A stretch of DNA of 64,000 nucleotides from a virus (taxonomy: Duplodnaviria; Caudoviricetes): positions 32,001 to 96,000 of the IMG/VR virus record IMGVR_UViG_3300013105_000003, one strand, 5' to 3'. Shown here in pieces: positions 55,486 to 64,000 of this stretch. Below the pieces are notes generated by a model, which was given only the letters and a program-made list of their open reading frames with translations, did no database searches and was not told the origin of the DNA. Made by a program: the position numbers and the translations under genes. Position 1 is the stretch's first letter, and each line of letters begins with the position of its first letter.

Positions 55486-55686
55486 ATGAACGAAACACAG
55501 AACGTCTTCCTCGTTAACGTCTACACTTATGACGCTCAGAATAAGCACGTCAATACCTTCATCTTTACTACTTCTGAGGCAGCTAGAAGGGCTGCTCTAG
55601 AGATTGAGCTTATGAATAGCAAGCTGAATGCTGATGTACTTGAGCAGCGGGTATTCACTTCTTTTAAAGATTGGGATAAGGCGTGA
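55486..55686 (+). CDS. Hypothetical protein
   Basis: Leaderless start. Confidence 0.55.
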   Translation: MNETQNVFLVNVYTYDAQNKHVNTFIFTTSEAARRAALEIELMNSKLNADVLEQRVFTSFKDWDKA

Positions 55687-55904
55687 CTAAGCCAAAGAAG
55701 GGTCAGACCTTCACTCACGACCACTTTGTTGACACTAACTGGAAGCCTGAGCCTGGGCAGACGTGGAAGAACGATGCTCCTAAGGCTGAGATGGTGATTA
55801 CTTCTGTGTGGGAGACTCTGGTATACTACAGCTTTGCTGATGGTAAGGGTTCATATGTTCTCGACCTAGACACCTTTATGAATAAGTTTGGTGAGCAGCT
55901 GTGA
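55683..55904 (+). CDS. Hypothetical protein
   Basis: GTGA overlap. Confidence 0.55.
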   Translation: MTKPKKGQTFTHDHFVDTNWKPEPGQTWKNDAPKAEMVITSVWETLVYYSFADGKGSYVLDLDTFMNKFGEQL

Positions 55905-56230
55905 GTAATACTATCTGGCTAGAGGATGCTCCAGGAAAGGCTACCTATTTTTCCTATGGTGAAGAAGAGGATGAAGCTGAGTGGATTATTGAATGGTTCG
56001 ATGATTCTCCTACTATTCCGCCTAATGTTTCCTACCTTGCAGAAGAGCTACTGACTGAGATTGACTGCATTACATGCTATCACTGTGGTCACGGGGTGGG
56101 TATGACTCTGGCTGGTGAAAATGATGAATACACACAATGGGAGTCTTGTGCTATAGTGGATAAGTCGTTTGACCAACAGTACGTAGTCTGTGATGAGTGC
56201 TATGACAAGGAATATGGGAATGAGTTATAA
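55901..56230 (+). CDS. Acidic zinc-finger protein
   Basis: CYHCG...CDEC. Confidence 0.55.
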   Translation: MSNTIWLEDAPGKATYFSYGEEEDEAEWIIEWFDDSPTIPPNVSYLAEELLTEIDCITCYHCGHGVGMTLAGENDEYTQWESCAIVDKSFDQQYVVCDECYDKEYGNEL

Positions 56231-56486
56231 ACCTACTACATACACTAATGCTACTTTTGGTGTGCTCAAGACGCTTTCTCTCGATGAGCAAGTATATGTT
56301 ACCCGCCTGATGCACTCTATTAATTCACAGCTTACAAAGACTGATTGGCTTGCTCAAGGTACTAGCCGAGTAGGTAGGATTGATGCTACAATCACTCTCC
56401 AATCTGGTTATGTAGCAGAGCTAGCCTACCACGGAGGCTCTGTATTTCTTAAGTCTCTGGAAAAGCCTGAAGGGAAAGTAAATTAA
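56190..56486 (+). CDS. Hypothetical protein
   Basis: Tiles operon. Confidence 0.5.
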   Translation: MMSAMTRNMGMSYKPTTYTNATFGVLKTLSLDEQVYVTRLMHSINSQLTKTDWLAQGTSRVGRIDATITLQSGYVAELAYHGGSVFLKSLEKPEGKVN

Positions 56487-56947
56487 TGACTTTTATTATC
56501 TACGCGGCTGTAGTAGTCTATGTGGTTGCTGGCGCATTCTGTGCTAGCGACGGGTTTTTTAAAGCTAGAGATAAGAAGGTACCAACGGTAATTTGGGGGT
56601 ACACAGAAGCTAATCTTATTAAGAGTTGGGAAGAAAAGAATCGCTGGCCCAATATCACAACAACTCCAAGGATCACTCTAGAGAAATTCTACCAAATTCA
56701 AAGAGAGAGTAGTCTGCGAGACGCTACTGAAGCAGATGCCCTAAGAGCACAAGCATACCGTCGTTTGTTCTGGTCTCCTGTGTGGCCTATACTCGTTGTA
56801 GGAGACGTTGTGCGAGACTATCAGAAGGCTAAGGCTGGAGAGAAAGTCTACCTACTGGAGCAGGCTGCTAAGAGTCTAGAGAAGGCCAGTGCTGAGAAGG
56901 ATAGACTAGATACAGCCTACAACAATGCCACAGGCTGTACTCGATAA
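56486..56947 (+). CDS. Membrane protein with coiled coil
   Basis: N-terminal TM, WSPVWP, coiled coil; layout like 52336. Confidence 0.55.
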   Translation: MTFIIYAAVVVYVVAGAFCASDGFFKARDKKVPTVIWGYTEANLIKSWEEKNRWPNITTTPRITLEKFYQIQRESSLRDATEADALRAQAYRRLFWSPVWPILVVGDVVRDYQKAKAGEKVYLLEQAAKSLEKASAEKDRLDTAYNNATGCTR

Positions 56948-57111
56948 GGTTACAGCTGAGAAATGATGCCAGAAGAGATTAATACTCCTCTAGCAATTGC
57001 TGTGTGCTGCCGTGAGTGGAAGGTAGCAGCTTGGCAACCTATCAGTCGTTGTGGGTATTGTGGAGAACGGCCAGTCCTTACAGGAAGGTTAGCAGATGAC
57101 AACTGATATAG

Positions 57112-57140
57112 TTGACCTACTCCAAGACTCATGGTATGAT
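57112..57140 (+). promoter_or_regulatory. Sigma-A-type promoter
   Basis: TTGACC-17-TATGAT. Confidence 0.6.
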
Positions 57141-57182
57141 TAACTACATAGTAACCAACCTACAGGCCAGCAGGAGTTTGCC

Positions 57183-57344
57183 GTGGCTAAAAAGAAAAAG
57201 CACAAAATATCAAATCCATACCTTGCAGCTGGGTTAGCTGCTATTGCATTTGGCAATGCTTGGGGTACTCACGCAGACCGACGCACTAAGCGTAACCGCA
57301 GTCGCCAGGAAAAGAACCGTAAAGCTATTAAGGATTTCGAGTGA
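57183..57344 (+). CDS. Small basic protein (53 aa, below track cutoff)
   Basis: RBS AGGAG plus GTG; HADRRTKRNRSRQ. Confidence 0.6.
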   Translation: MAKKKKHKISNPYLAAGLAAIAFGNAWGTHADRRTKRNRSRQEKNRKAIKDFE

Positions 57345-57862
57345 CTCAGTTTATATTTGTAGATACAGAGTCTGTAGGGGTGTCTCCGTACTTTGGAACT
57401 ATGACAGAGTTTGGTGCAGTAGAGCTACTCACTGAGAAATCATTTCATGGTGAGATTATTAAGTCTGTCCCTAGTAAAGAAAACCCTGCTATCCCTGAGA
57501 TTACAGAAGACCTTACGGATAGTATGTACGAAGTTAAGCTTAACATCGTTATTGAGAGTTTTATGAGGTGGCTAAAGTCCTTCAATGATGAGCGTCTAGT
57601 CTTTGTTTCTGATAACCCTGCATGGGACTACATGTGGATTGCTTATGCATTTGATGTAACATCTGGTGTTAATCCATTCGGACACTCTGCACGGCGTATT
57701 GGTGACCTTTACGCTGGACTCTCTGGTAACTGGCGAAACACTAATAAGTGGAAAAAGCTACGGGTTACTAAGCACGACCACAATCCTGTCAATGACGCTC
57801 TAGGGAATGTAGAAGCTTTCAAGGCTATTCTATTCCACTACGGACAGGAACTTCCTGAGTGA
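57341..57862 (+). CDS. DEDD 3'-5' exonuclease
   Basis: FVDTES, DNPAWD, HNPVNDA. Confidence 0.82.
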   Translation: MTQFIFVDTESVGVSPYFGTMTEFGAVELLTEKSFHGEIIKSVPSKENPAIPEITEDLTDSMYEVKLNIVIESFMRWLKSFNDERLVFVSDNPAWDYMWIAYAFDVTSGVNPFGHSARRIGDLYAGLSGNWRNTNKWKKLRVTKHDHNPVNDALGNVEAFKAILFHYGQELPE

Positions 57863-57898
57863 CTTGTGTCAAGAGTTATTTCATGGTACACTTCTTGC

Positions 57899-58063
57899 AT
57901 GGACACAGTAGAGATTCAAGAGTACCTAACCTCTAGCCACAAGGGTAGGGGAACCTCTGGCTATATTCTTCTCACAAACAACTTATTCTTTCATATCAAA
58001 GATGCTCGCATAATTGATGGAGCACTTGTTATTGACAATCTTTATGGAACGGAAAAGAAGTGA
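57899..58063 (+). CDS. Hypothetical protein (leaderless)
   Basis: TTGTGT-17-TACACT, then ATG 6 nt downstream. Confidence 0.45.
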   Translation: MDTVEIQEYLTSSHKGRGTSGYILLTNNLFFHIKDARIIDGALVIDNLYGTEKK

Positions 58064-58323
58064 AGATTTATAAGTATCCTGTTGAGCTTCTCCAGGAACA
58101 AAAGATTAGCCTACCTATCGAGTCTAAGGTGCGTCACTTTGGTACACAAGATGGTAGCCTTATGATGTGGGTAGAGCTAGATCCTGACCTAGAGCACGAA
58201 ATCCATACTTTCTATGTGGTAGGCACAGGTCAGGAAATCCCAGAAGATGCTATTACCTACCACGGCACTGTTTACCTTAATTTCTATGTTCGGCACCTCT
58301 ACTCGAATGGAACGTACCTGTGA
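58060..58323 (+). CDS. Conserved phage protein (IYKY...VVGTG...YHGT)
   Basis: Recognisable motif. Confidence 0.65.
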   Translation: MKIYKYPVELLQEQKISLPIESKVRHFGTQDGSLMMWVELDPDLEHEIHTFYVVGTGQEIPEDAITYHGTVYLNFYVRHLYSNGTYL

Positions 58324-58682
58324 AGCTATTCTCATTGAAAGACTACGCTGAGTCTAAGACTAGTGCTCCTGAGTTTATTGGGGATATTTCCTCAGAGTAC
58401 GGTAAGAAGCAAATCTACAAAATGGCTGAGTTCAATGGTCTAGTTACAGGTCTTGGAGAGTCAGCTACGGTAGTACCCTTTGGGATGGACTACGAGACTA
58501 CGGTAGCTCTACAGCATATCCAAGAAACAATCTTCAGCTACGGTGGAGGGTGCTACGTCACTGAGTGTGGAGAGGTTTACGCTATCAAGGATAACCTAGA
58601 CTACTCATACCTAGATAACTCCGTAGACGAAGATGGACTATGGAGAGAATTCTACAACTACGAGGAAGAGAACAGTGCATGA
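58320..58682 (+). CDS. Hypothetical protein
   Basis: Tiles operon. Confidence 0.55.
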   Translation: MKLFSLKDYAESKTSAPEFIGDISSEYGKKQIYKMAEFNGLVTGLGESATVVPFGMDYETTVALQHIQETIFSYGGGCYVTECGEVYAIKDNLDYSYLDNSVDEDGLWREFYNYEEENSA

Positions 58683-58849
58683 TGGATTTTCTTAAAGCCT
58701 TGGTAATTACAGCTCTCTCAGGTTGGGCCTTGGTAGCTACCCTCACACAAGGTGCTCCTGCCCTAGCAGTAGTTTGTAGTGTAGTGGTGCTCTACCTTAG
58801 TGGTCTACTTATGGGTATGGCTGTGACCATATGGGCGGATAAACGATGA
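58640..58849 (+). CDS. Two-TM membrane protein
   Basis: Hydrophobic. Confidence 0.45.
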   Translation: MERILQLRGREQCMMDFLKALVITALSGWALVATLTQGAPALAVVCSVVVLYLSGLLMGMAVTIWADKR

Positions 58850-58997
58850 TCCAAGACGACTATAACCCATACCTAGACCCTAATAATAAGCCTGCGTATA
58901 TAGTAGAGGACGCAAATTCTAACAAGATGTGTACCTGTAGACCATCTACTAATAATCGGATTAAGACTCCAGGTATCTCTCGTAAAAGTATTAGAAA

Positions 58998-59189
58998 ATG
59001 CAGGAAGCTGAAGGTATGATTTACTTTATCCTGACTGTAGTAATCCTGTCATTGACCATACTTAACATCACCTACGCGGTACGGTTGACACTGTGGTCAC
59101 GTGCACTTCGTAGGGCTGATGCTAAGGAAGCTGCACGACTACACCACAGAGAGCCAACATGGCTCCTGGGTGTGAAAGTATATCGGTAA
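58998..59189 (+). CDS. Membrane-anchored small protein
   Basis: N-terminal TM. Confidence 0.45.
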   Translation: MQEAEGMIYFILTVVILSLTILNITYAVRLTLWSRALRRADAKEAARLHHREPTWLLGVKVYR

Positions 59190-59291
59190 GGAATTAGGAT
59201 TTACTGTGTTTGATGTAGAAATGCTGGATCTAACCAACGGTAAGAGAATCCCTAAAGAGTCTCTGGTAGCGTTAGATAAGCTAGAGGAGTC

Positions 59292-59567
59292 TTGGCCTGG
59301 AGCAACCTTCCACGGTGCTCGCCCTGCCATTGTAGCTGCTGTCATGGACGCTCTGAGAGATGTAGGATACATGGTATGAGCGAGACTCCACCTACTTTGG
59401 GATTCCGTAGACGCTGCTCTTGGTGCTGTGTGCAGTTGAGAGCATGGCAGCTAAACTCCTGCCGAACATGCCACGAGGATATCAAGTATAGATTCTCACC
59501 TAGGCACTTGCACGCCTCACGGTACGATGCTAAGCCTGATAAGTTCCCTACACTTAGGAAGGTCTGA
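59292..59567 (+). CDS. Cys-rich hypothetical protein (start probably ATG 59377)
   Basis: CSWC...CRTC. Confidence 0.4.
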   Translation: MAWSNLPRCSPCHCSCCHGRSERCRIHGMSETPPTLGFRRRCSWCCVQLRAWQLNSCRTCHEDIKYRFSPRHLHASRYDAKPDKFPTLRKV

Positions 59568-59694
59568 AGTTGTCACGTAGAGAGTTTCTCAATAAGATGC
59601 TACGGTGGGCCAAGCCTAGACGTAAGTCACACCTCAGATTGTCTGCCAACAAGATCGCGGCTGATGTAATCACTGTAGAGTTAAAAAACGATAG

Positions 59695-59741
59695 AGACAG
59701 CTAGGCTACTCACTATTTCTTGTGGAGTAGCCTAGCTGTCT
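59695..59741. terminator. Hairpin between convergent transcription units
   Basis: 17-bp IR AGACAGCTAGGCTACTC. Confidence 0.7.
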
Positions 59742-59765
59742 ACGGTAGAGGAAGTGCGCTTAGAG

Positions 59766-60017
59766 TCAGCGGTCCTTGTTGTCGATCCGTCGAAAGACTC
59801 TCGTCTCGTTGACGTAGAGGTCTCGCTCGATCTTGGAGCGAGTTTTACGGACGGTCTTGTAATGCACGTCTCCGATACGGTCGTAACCCGCTGCCATTGC
59901 GTCTACAGCATCGTCGGGCAGAGTGACTGCACGGCCAAGGTCGTAACCCTTTGTGAACTGAACCTTTGAAACGCTCATTTCTGTTGTTTCCTTTTCTGAC
60001 TTACGGTTGGATTCCAC
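59766..60017 (-). CDS. Hypothetical protein (likely start at MSVSK, RBS AAGGA)
   Basis: Leftward promoter TTGACT-17-TAAAGT at 60080-60052. Confidence 0.6.
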   Translation of the reverse strand: MESNRKSEKETTEMSVSKVQFTKGYDLGRAVTLPDDAVDAMAAGYDRIGDVHYKTVRKTRSKIERDLYVNETRVFRRIDNKDR

Positions 60018-60123
60018 AGCTTTGGTGCCCTGGTCTGTGGAACTGATGACTACTTTACTCCGTCCATAAGGTCAAGTCAACACTCCGTCTCACATCGTGG
60101 ACAGGAAATTTTCTAGGCACAGA

Positions 60124-60163
60124 AAAAGGCTACGGTGGAGGGTATGTCCAACCGTAGCCTTTT
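60124..60163. terminator. Bidirectional-type terminator
   Basis: AAAAGGCTACGGT/ACCGTAGCCTTTT. Confidence 0.7.
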
Positions 60164-60175
60164 CCATGTTTCTCT

Positions 60176-60445
60176 CTAGCGTGTTATCTCCATCCGTCGC
60201 AGAGCAACTAAGCAACGTTGTGCAGCTGCTGCAGCGTCCGGGTCGTCAGAGTTACTTGTGTTTGCGTAATACTTGCAGTCACTGATAAGGTCTGTCAGTC
60301 CTTCGTCAGTAAGCATTACTGTAATAGTCCGTGGTGACGATGTTACTACCGTAGTGCCTAGATGCTTTCCGATACGGTCGAACCAGTACCTTAAGTGCTT
60401 GGCAGGCAGCTTGACTGTTACGGTGTGCTTTGCCTTGAGTCTCAT
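60176..60445 (-). CDS. Hypothetical protein
   Basis: RBS AAAGGG and upstream leftward promoter. Confidence 0.6.
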   Translation of the reverse strand: MRLKAKHTVTVKLPAKHLRYWFDRIGKHLGTTVVTSSPRTITVMLTDEGLTDLISDCKYYANTSNSDDPDAAAAAQRCLVALRRMEITR

Positions 60446-60488
60446 AATAAGCTAAACCCTTTTCTTTAGTTGTGTCCTGCTACTAGCT

Positions 60489-60547
60489 ACGGTAGCACCT
60501 AGGGTTAAGTTAGTCAAGTTGACACAGAGCACTATATATGGTACGGT
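60489..60547. promoter_or_regulatory. Back-to-back divergent sigma-A-type promoters
   Basis: Minus: TTGACT-17-TACCGT; plus: TTGACA-17-TACGGT. Confidence 0.6.
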
Positions 60548-60573
60548 GAGGCTCCACAGACAACTAGATAGGT

Positions 60574-60816
60574 GTGATAATGACAAAGGTAAGAGTCACT
60601 AGCCTAGTCCGTATGGCAAATTCTAAAAGTGGTAACCCACAGTATATACTCAATACCGCTAGTGGAATGGTGCTTCACACTAAGCCTGACTCTACGGTCG
60701 GGTACGTGGCACAGGCTTTAGAGCAGTATTTACTAGACGGTAATCCGTCAGTTTCTACTGAAATCACACTAGACAAAGACGGTATGGTAACACGTCTACT
60801 AGGCTACGGTGATTAA
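60574..60816 (+). CDS. Hypothetical protein (NS.SGNP.Y motif)
   Basis: Downstream of the rightward promoter. Confidence 0.6.
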   Translation: MIMTKVRVTSLVRMANSKSGNPQYILNTASGMVLHTKPDSTVGYVAQALEQYLLDGNPSVSTEITLDKDGMVTRLLGYGD

Positions 60817-60836
60817 AATAAGCCTACGGTAACACT

Positions 60837-60895
60837 AAAATAGCTCAGCTTCTATAGTATACTTAAAGTAATGACTATAGAAGCTGAGCTATTTT
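60837..60895. terminator. 22-bp perfect inverted repeat
   Basis: AAAATAGCTCAGCTTCTATAGT and its reverse complement. Confidence 0.7.
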
Positions 60896-60950
60896 TATGC
60901 TCAAAAACAGAAGGTAGAAATTGATCCTATGAGAGTGTTAGTAGCGAACA

Positions 60951-61619
60951 ATGGAACAATATCCTATGACTAAGCCTCTACTATTAGATTTGTTTTGCTG
61001 TTCTGGAGGGAGTGCTGTCGGATATAGTAGAGCAGGTTTTACGGTAATAGGTGTAGACATTGATCCTATCTTGTCAGCTGATTATCCATATGAAATACAC
61101 CACGGTGATGCTTTAGAATTCTTAAAAAGCTACGGTGGAGATTTTGACGTTATCCATGCGTCTCCACCGTGCCAATCAAGCTCAGCACTCACTAAGGGCA
61201 CCAATAAAGGCAGACAATACTTAGACCTAATCCCTCAAACTAGGGAATTACTAGCAACGTTCAATGTACCTACGGTAATAGAAAATGTGCAAGGCGCTAA
61301 GGTACGGAGAGACTTAACCCTATGCGGTGAAATGTTTAGCTTAGGTGTGCTACGGCATAGGTATTTTGAGATAGAAAACGCTACGGTGGAAGTGCCAGAG
61401 CACAAGGCACACCGTGGACGTGTTAGAGGTTGGAGACACGGTAAGTACTACGATGGTCCTTATGTTGCTGTCTACGGATTAGGTGGTGGAAAAGGTACGG
61501 TCCAAGAATGGCAGCAGGCTATGGGTATAGACTGGACAGACAATCGTAAGTCTCTGGCCGAGAGCATACCTCCTGCCTATACGGAGTACATAGGTAATAG
61601 TTTAATAAAATCTATATAG
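60951..61619 (+). CDS. DNA cytosine-C5 methyltransferase (compact phage type)
   Basis: LDLFCCSGG, HASPPCQ, VIENV, RHRYFE, ESIPPAYTEYIG. Confidence 0.85.
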   Translation: MEQYPMTKPLLLDLFCCSGGSAVGYSRAGFTVIGVDIDPILSADYPYEIHHGDALEFLKSYGGDFDVIHASPPCQSSSALTKGTNKGRQYLDLIPQTRELLATFNVPTVIENVQGAKVRRDLTLCGEMFSLGVLRHRYFEIENATVEVPEHKAHRGRVRGWRHGKYYDGPYVAVYGLGGGKGTVQEWQQAMGIDWTDNRKSLAESIPPAYTEYIGNSLIKSI

Positions 61620-61642
61620 CCGGCCTATGTATCCTGGCAAGA

Positions 61643-61694
61643 AAAAGGCACACACCGTAGAGAGAGGATTAGTAACCTACGGTGTGTGCCTTTT
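61643..61694. terminator. Bidirectional terminator
   Basis: 18-bp IR with A/T tails. Confidence 0.7.
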
Positions 61695-61808
61695 CTATAA
61701 TGTGGTGATTAGTAACACTCAACCGAACCATAGGCATTATGGCACTCTCACCCAATCCGCGTAGTGAGCTATTACTAATTCTTATGTCACGGAACACACC
61801 ACAAATCT

Positions 61809-62123
61809 TTAAATACTCCTATGAGCAATTCCTGAGTTAGTGTACGGTCCGTACCTATCAATGGTGGAAAGCATGTTAGACCTACCTACGGGATTAGCAC
61901 TGTGAACGCGAATAGCTACGGTGGGAAAGTTCCCAGACTCTGCCATGTAATCTACTAGCGCCGTACCGTCTCCACCATCGTAGGCAAACTCCCCTAGATC
62001 ATGGTCTAGGCTAGCGTGAGTCACGGTGCCAGTCTCCAGGATACGGATAGCCTCACGGACAGACTTAGCATGCACCCAATTATCAGGGCACGGACGGATA
62101 TCGTCTAACCATAGTTTTGTCAT
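61809..62123 (-). CDS. Cyclic-phosphate-processing receiver-like domain protein
   Basis: LWLDDIRPCP...SLDHDLG...VHSANPVG. Confidence 0.75.
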   Translation of the reverse strand: MTKLWLDDIRPCPDNWVHAKSVREAIRILETGTVTHASLDHDLGEFAYDGGDGTALVDYMAESGNFPTVAIRVHSANPVGRSNMLSTIDRYGPYTNSGIAHRSI

Positions 62124-62253
62124 TAGCTTTCACCTTATTTAGAAGGTCTTTAGTTATGCTTTCCAGTGCATCCACAAATAGTCATACGGTAAGGGTTTTT
62201 ACAATTACAATCTCCAGGACAAAAACAGCCTGTCTCTAGTCTAACATCTTCCA

Positions 62254-62466
62254 TTAGAAGATAACCTCCGCATTACTCTCTGCAGCAAAGTCACGGACCC
62301 ATGCACGGTCCAACTTTTCACCATTGCCAAACCGACTAACGTTAAAGCCACCGTAGGCAGCAGTTTTACTATAGATAAATACCTTACCGTCACCTTCAAC
62401 AAATGAGAGTCTAATGTCCTTTCCGCTGGGAAAAGTCACGGTGGCATAAATGGTACGCTTAGTCAT
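62254..62466 (-). CDS. Hypothetical protein
   Basis: Leftward early operon. Confidence 0.55.
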   Translation of the reverse strand: MTKRTIYATVTFPSGKDIRLSFVEGDGKVFIYSKTAAYGGFNVSRFGNGEKLDRAWVRDFAAESNAEVIF

Positions 62467-62467
62467 T

Positions 62468-62635
62468 TTACTTTCCGCCCCACATAGTAGTAAGTTTGTC
62501 TGCTGTCATGGTACGGTGCAGAGCATTACCAATCGGGCGGTAACAATCAAGGCATATTCCTCCGGGAAAGACAGCCAACTCGCTAATGGTATTCTTACAC
62601 ATAGTGCAATTAACCTTACGGTCGATAAGTTCCAT
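62468..62635 (-). CDS. Small zinc-finger protein (55 aa, below track cutoff)
   Basis: RBS TGAGAGGA; CTMC...CLDC. Confidence 0.6.
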   Translation of the reverse strand: MELIDRKVNCTMCKNTISELAVFPGGICLDCYRPIGNALHRTMTADKLTTMWGGK

Positions 62636-62667
62636 TATTTCATATCCTCTCAGTTGTGTTTCTGTCC

Positions 62668-62724
62668 CTTAGTGGACAATGCATAGCCTAGCACACAGGT
62701 CTAGGCTACACACAATGCACTAAG
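62668..62724 (-). repeat. Leader hairpin element, copy 1
   Basis: CTTAGTG-GACAA-[stem]-CAATG-CACTAAG. Confidence 0.8.
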
Positions 62725-62843
62725 TTCTAATCCTTCCAAACGTTGGGACGGTTACGCAATTTGTAAAACTTAGGGTAACGATACCGTGACCATAAGTTGC
62801 GGAATACAGTAATCACATTTTTAGCTCCTCTCATTTGTTTGTC

Positions 62844-62901
62844 CTTAGTGGACAACTACCGACACGGTACCATGTATCCGTGTCGGAAGCAATGCACTAA
62901 G
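62844..62901 (-). repeat. Leader hairpin element, copy 2
   Basis: Same frame with a different inner stem. Confidence 0.8.
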
Positions 62902-62950
62902 AATTATCAAATTTTAAATTTAATGCCGGCTATATACCTCTCATGATATA

Positions 62951-63442
62951 CTAAACTAGGGAATTCAATCGGTGCCAAGAATCAATTGGCTTTTCATTGT
63001 CGTAATAACGAACGGTAACACGCCGTAGGATAGCAGAACAATCCTTATTTGTGCATTCCTGCACCGAATAAGAATTAGTAACGCTAAAGCCTTTAAAAGA
63101 CCACTTGTGTTGTTTATGATCCTTTGCTGTACCGTCGATCAACTTAGCGTAACGGTCTCCGAACGTCCACACAAAATGATGATAGTCGAAATAATCTCGC
63201 GTAGACATTAGGGGGTCGGTACGGTAAAGCATTTCGATAAACACGCCCCATTCGTCAAACGTTGCGGCTCGGTAATCATTACCGTTAGACATACGCGACG
63301 AATTACCGGACAGCTTAATTTCCCATGCTTTATCATGAGTACGCGAACGATGCTCCGTAGCGGTCTCCAGTGTGACACCTGCCACCGTGGCGGCATTGTC
63401 GATAACGCTACTGTCTACCGTAGAGCTAGTGTGAAAACGCAT
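62951..63442 (-). CDS. Hypothetical protein
   Basis: RBS TGAGAGGA; AATFDEWGVF motif. Confidence 0.65.
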   Translation of the reverse strand: MRFHTSSTVDSSVIDNAATVAGVTLETATEHRSRTHDKAWEIKLSGNSSRMSNGNDYRAATFDEWGVFIEMLYRTDPLMSTRDYFDYHHFVWTFGDRYAKLIDGTAKDHKQHKWSFKGFSVTNSYSVQECTNKDCSAILRRVTVRYYDNEKPIDSWHRLNSLV

Positions 63443-63466
63443 TGTATAATCCTCTCATGGTTTGCC

Positions 63467-63520
63467 CTTAGTGGACAATTCCGACCATAGTTTTAGCTAT
63501 GGTCGAAACAATTCACTAAG
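63467..63520 (-). repeat. Leader hairpin element, copy 3
   Basis: Same frame with a different inner stem. Confidence 0.8.
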
Positions 63521-63523
63521 AAT

Positions 63524-63673
63524 TCAATCTTCTTCCACTAGGTTATTAACGATAGTGGAATGAGTAAACCCATAACTATCGAGTAACTTAGATATTTCTT
63601 TTTCAATTGCGACAGACTCCCAACCAGAACACTCTACCGAAAAGGCTATTTCATACATGTTATTCTCTGGCAT
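63524..63673 (-). CDS. Small acidic protein (49 aa)
   Basis: RBS TGAGAGGA. Confidence 0.5.
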   Translation of the reverse strand: MPENNMYEIAFSVECSGWESVAIEKEISKLLDSYGFTHSTIVNNLVEED

Positions 63674-63765
63674 TATGTAATCCTCTCATATGGCTACGGT
63701 GCATCAATTGATTGATACAATACCTAATACATTCCCAGGAATGCACTAGATACAATGCCAATTAA

Positions 63766-63987
63766 CTAACACGGACAGAACCACAACGGCGTGTCGCAGA
63801 ACGGACAACGTTTGCGGTCTGTCATGTGCTCTCGCGTCGGTTCAAATGACGCGAGCGTGTCACTCATGCCATTACGAACAGTGGCACGATTACGCCGCCT
63901 CTGCTGCCTTTTCGCAATGGTAACTGCTCGCCCAATAGCACGCGATTCACGCGAGTTAGAGCGCCACTTGCCATCGTTAAGAGACAA
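63766..63987 (-). CDS. Basic Cys-rich hypothetical protein
   Basis: CPFCD...CPC; start uncertain near the window edge. Confidence 0.45.
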   Translation of the reverse strand: MSLNDGKWRSNSRESRAIGRAVTIAKRQQRRRNRATVRNGMSDTLASFEPTREHMTDRKRCPFCDTPLWFCPC

Positions 63988-64000
63988 CTCAACACGCTTA

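Noticed and set aside
62668-63520. Repeats as a CRISPR array
   Set aside because: Spacing is irregular, whole genes lie between copies, and the inner sequence varies.
1-64000. Integrase, transposase, intein, intron or tmRNA
   Set aside because: None recognisable; polA, recA, dnaB-like and nrdJ genes look uninterrupted.

Overview
This window is an internal 64 kb piece of a large, AT-richer (roughly mid-40s % GC by eye) tailed phage genome. It is probably a siphovirus of an actinobacterial host, inferred from the WhiG/FliA-type sigma factor, many leaderless promoters and CBM-decorated tail proteins. Layout: (1) 1-11.6 kb: end of the tail module (tape measure, Dit, large central fibre) and two membrane proteins. 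(2) 11.9-31.6 kb: replication, recombination and nucleotide module (SNF2 helicase, nucleotidyltransferase, sigma factor, DnaB, primase Zn-finger, delta'/delta-like pair, PolA, gp32-like SSB, RuvC, RecA, class II RNR, GGQ hydrolase, thioredoxin). (3) 33.4-37 kb: RNA island with tRNA-Trp, a D-armless tRNA-Ile(UAU), tRNA-Pro, two structured RNAs and an HNH gene. (4) 37-39.8 kb: displaced four-gene appendage cassette with apparently split domains. (5) 39.9-59.6 kb: small accessory genes plus SbcC/SbcD-like, methyltransferase, RNA ligase and exonuclease genes. (6) 59.7-64 kb: mostly leftward early-type region with repeated leader hairpins and a strand-biased excess of ACGGT. The strongest leads are the D-armless pseudoknotted tRNA, a possible donor-strand scaffold for an incomplete FN3 domain, the ACGGT field, and the phage sigma factor with its CGATAATAT promoters. 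All calls come from reading motifs by eye; no database searches were run.
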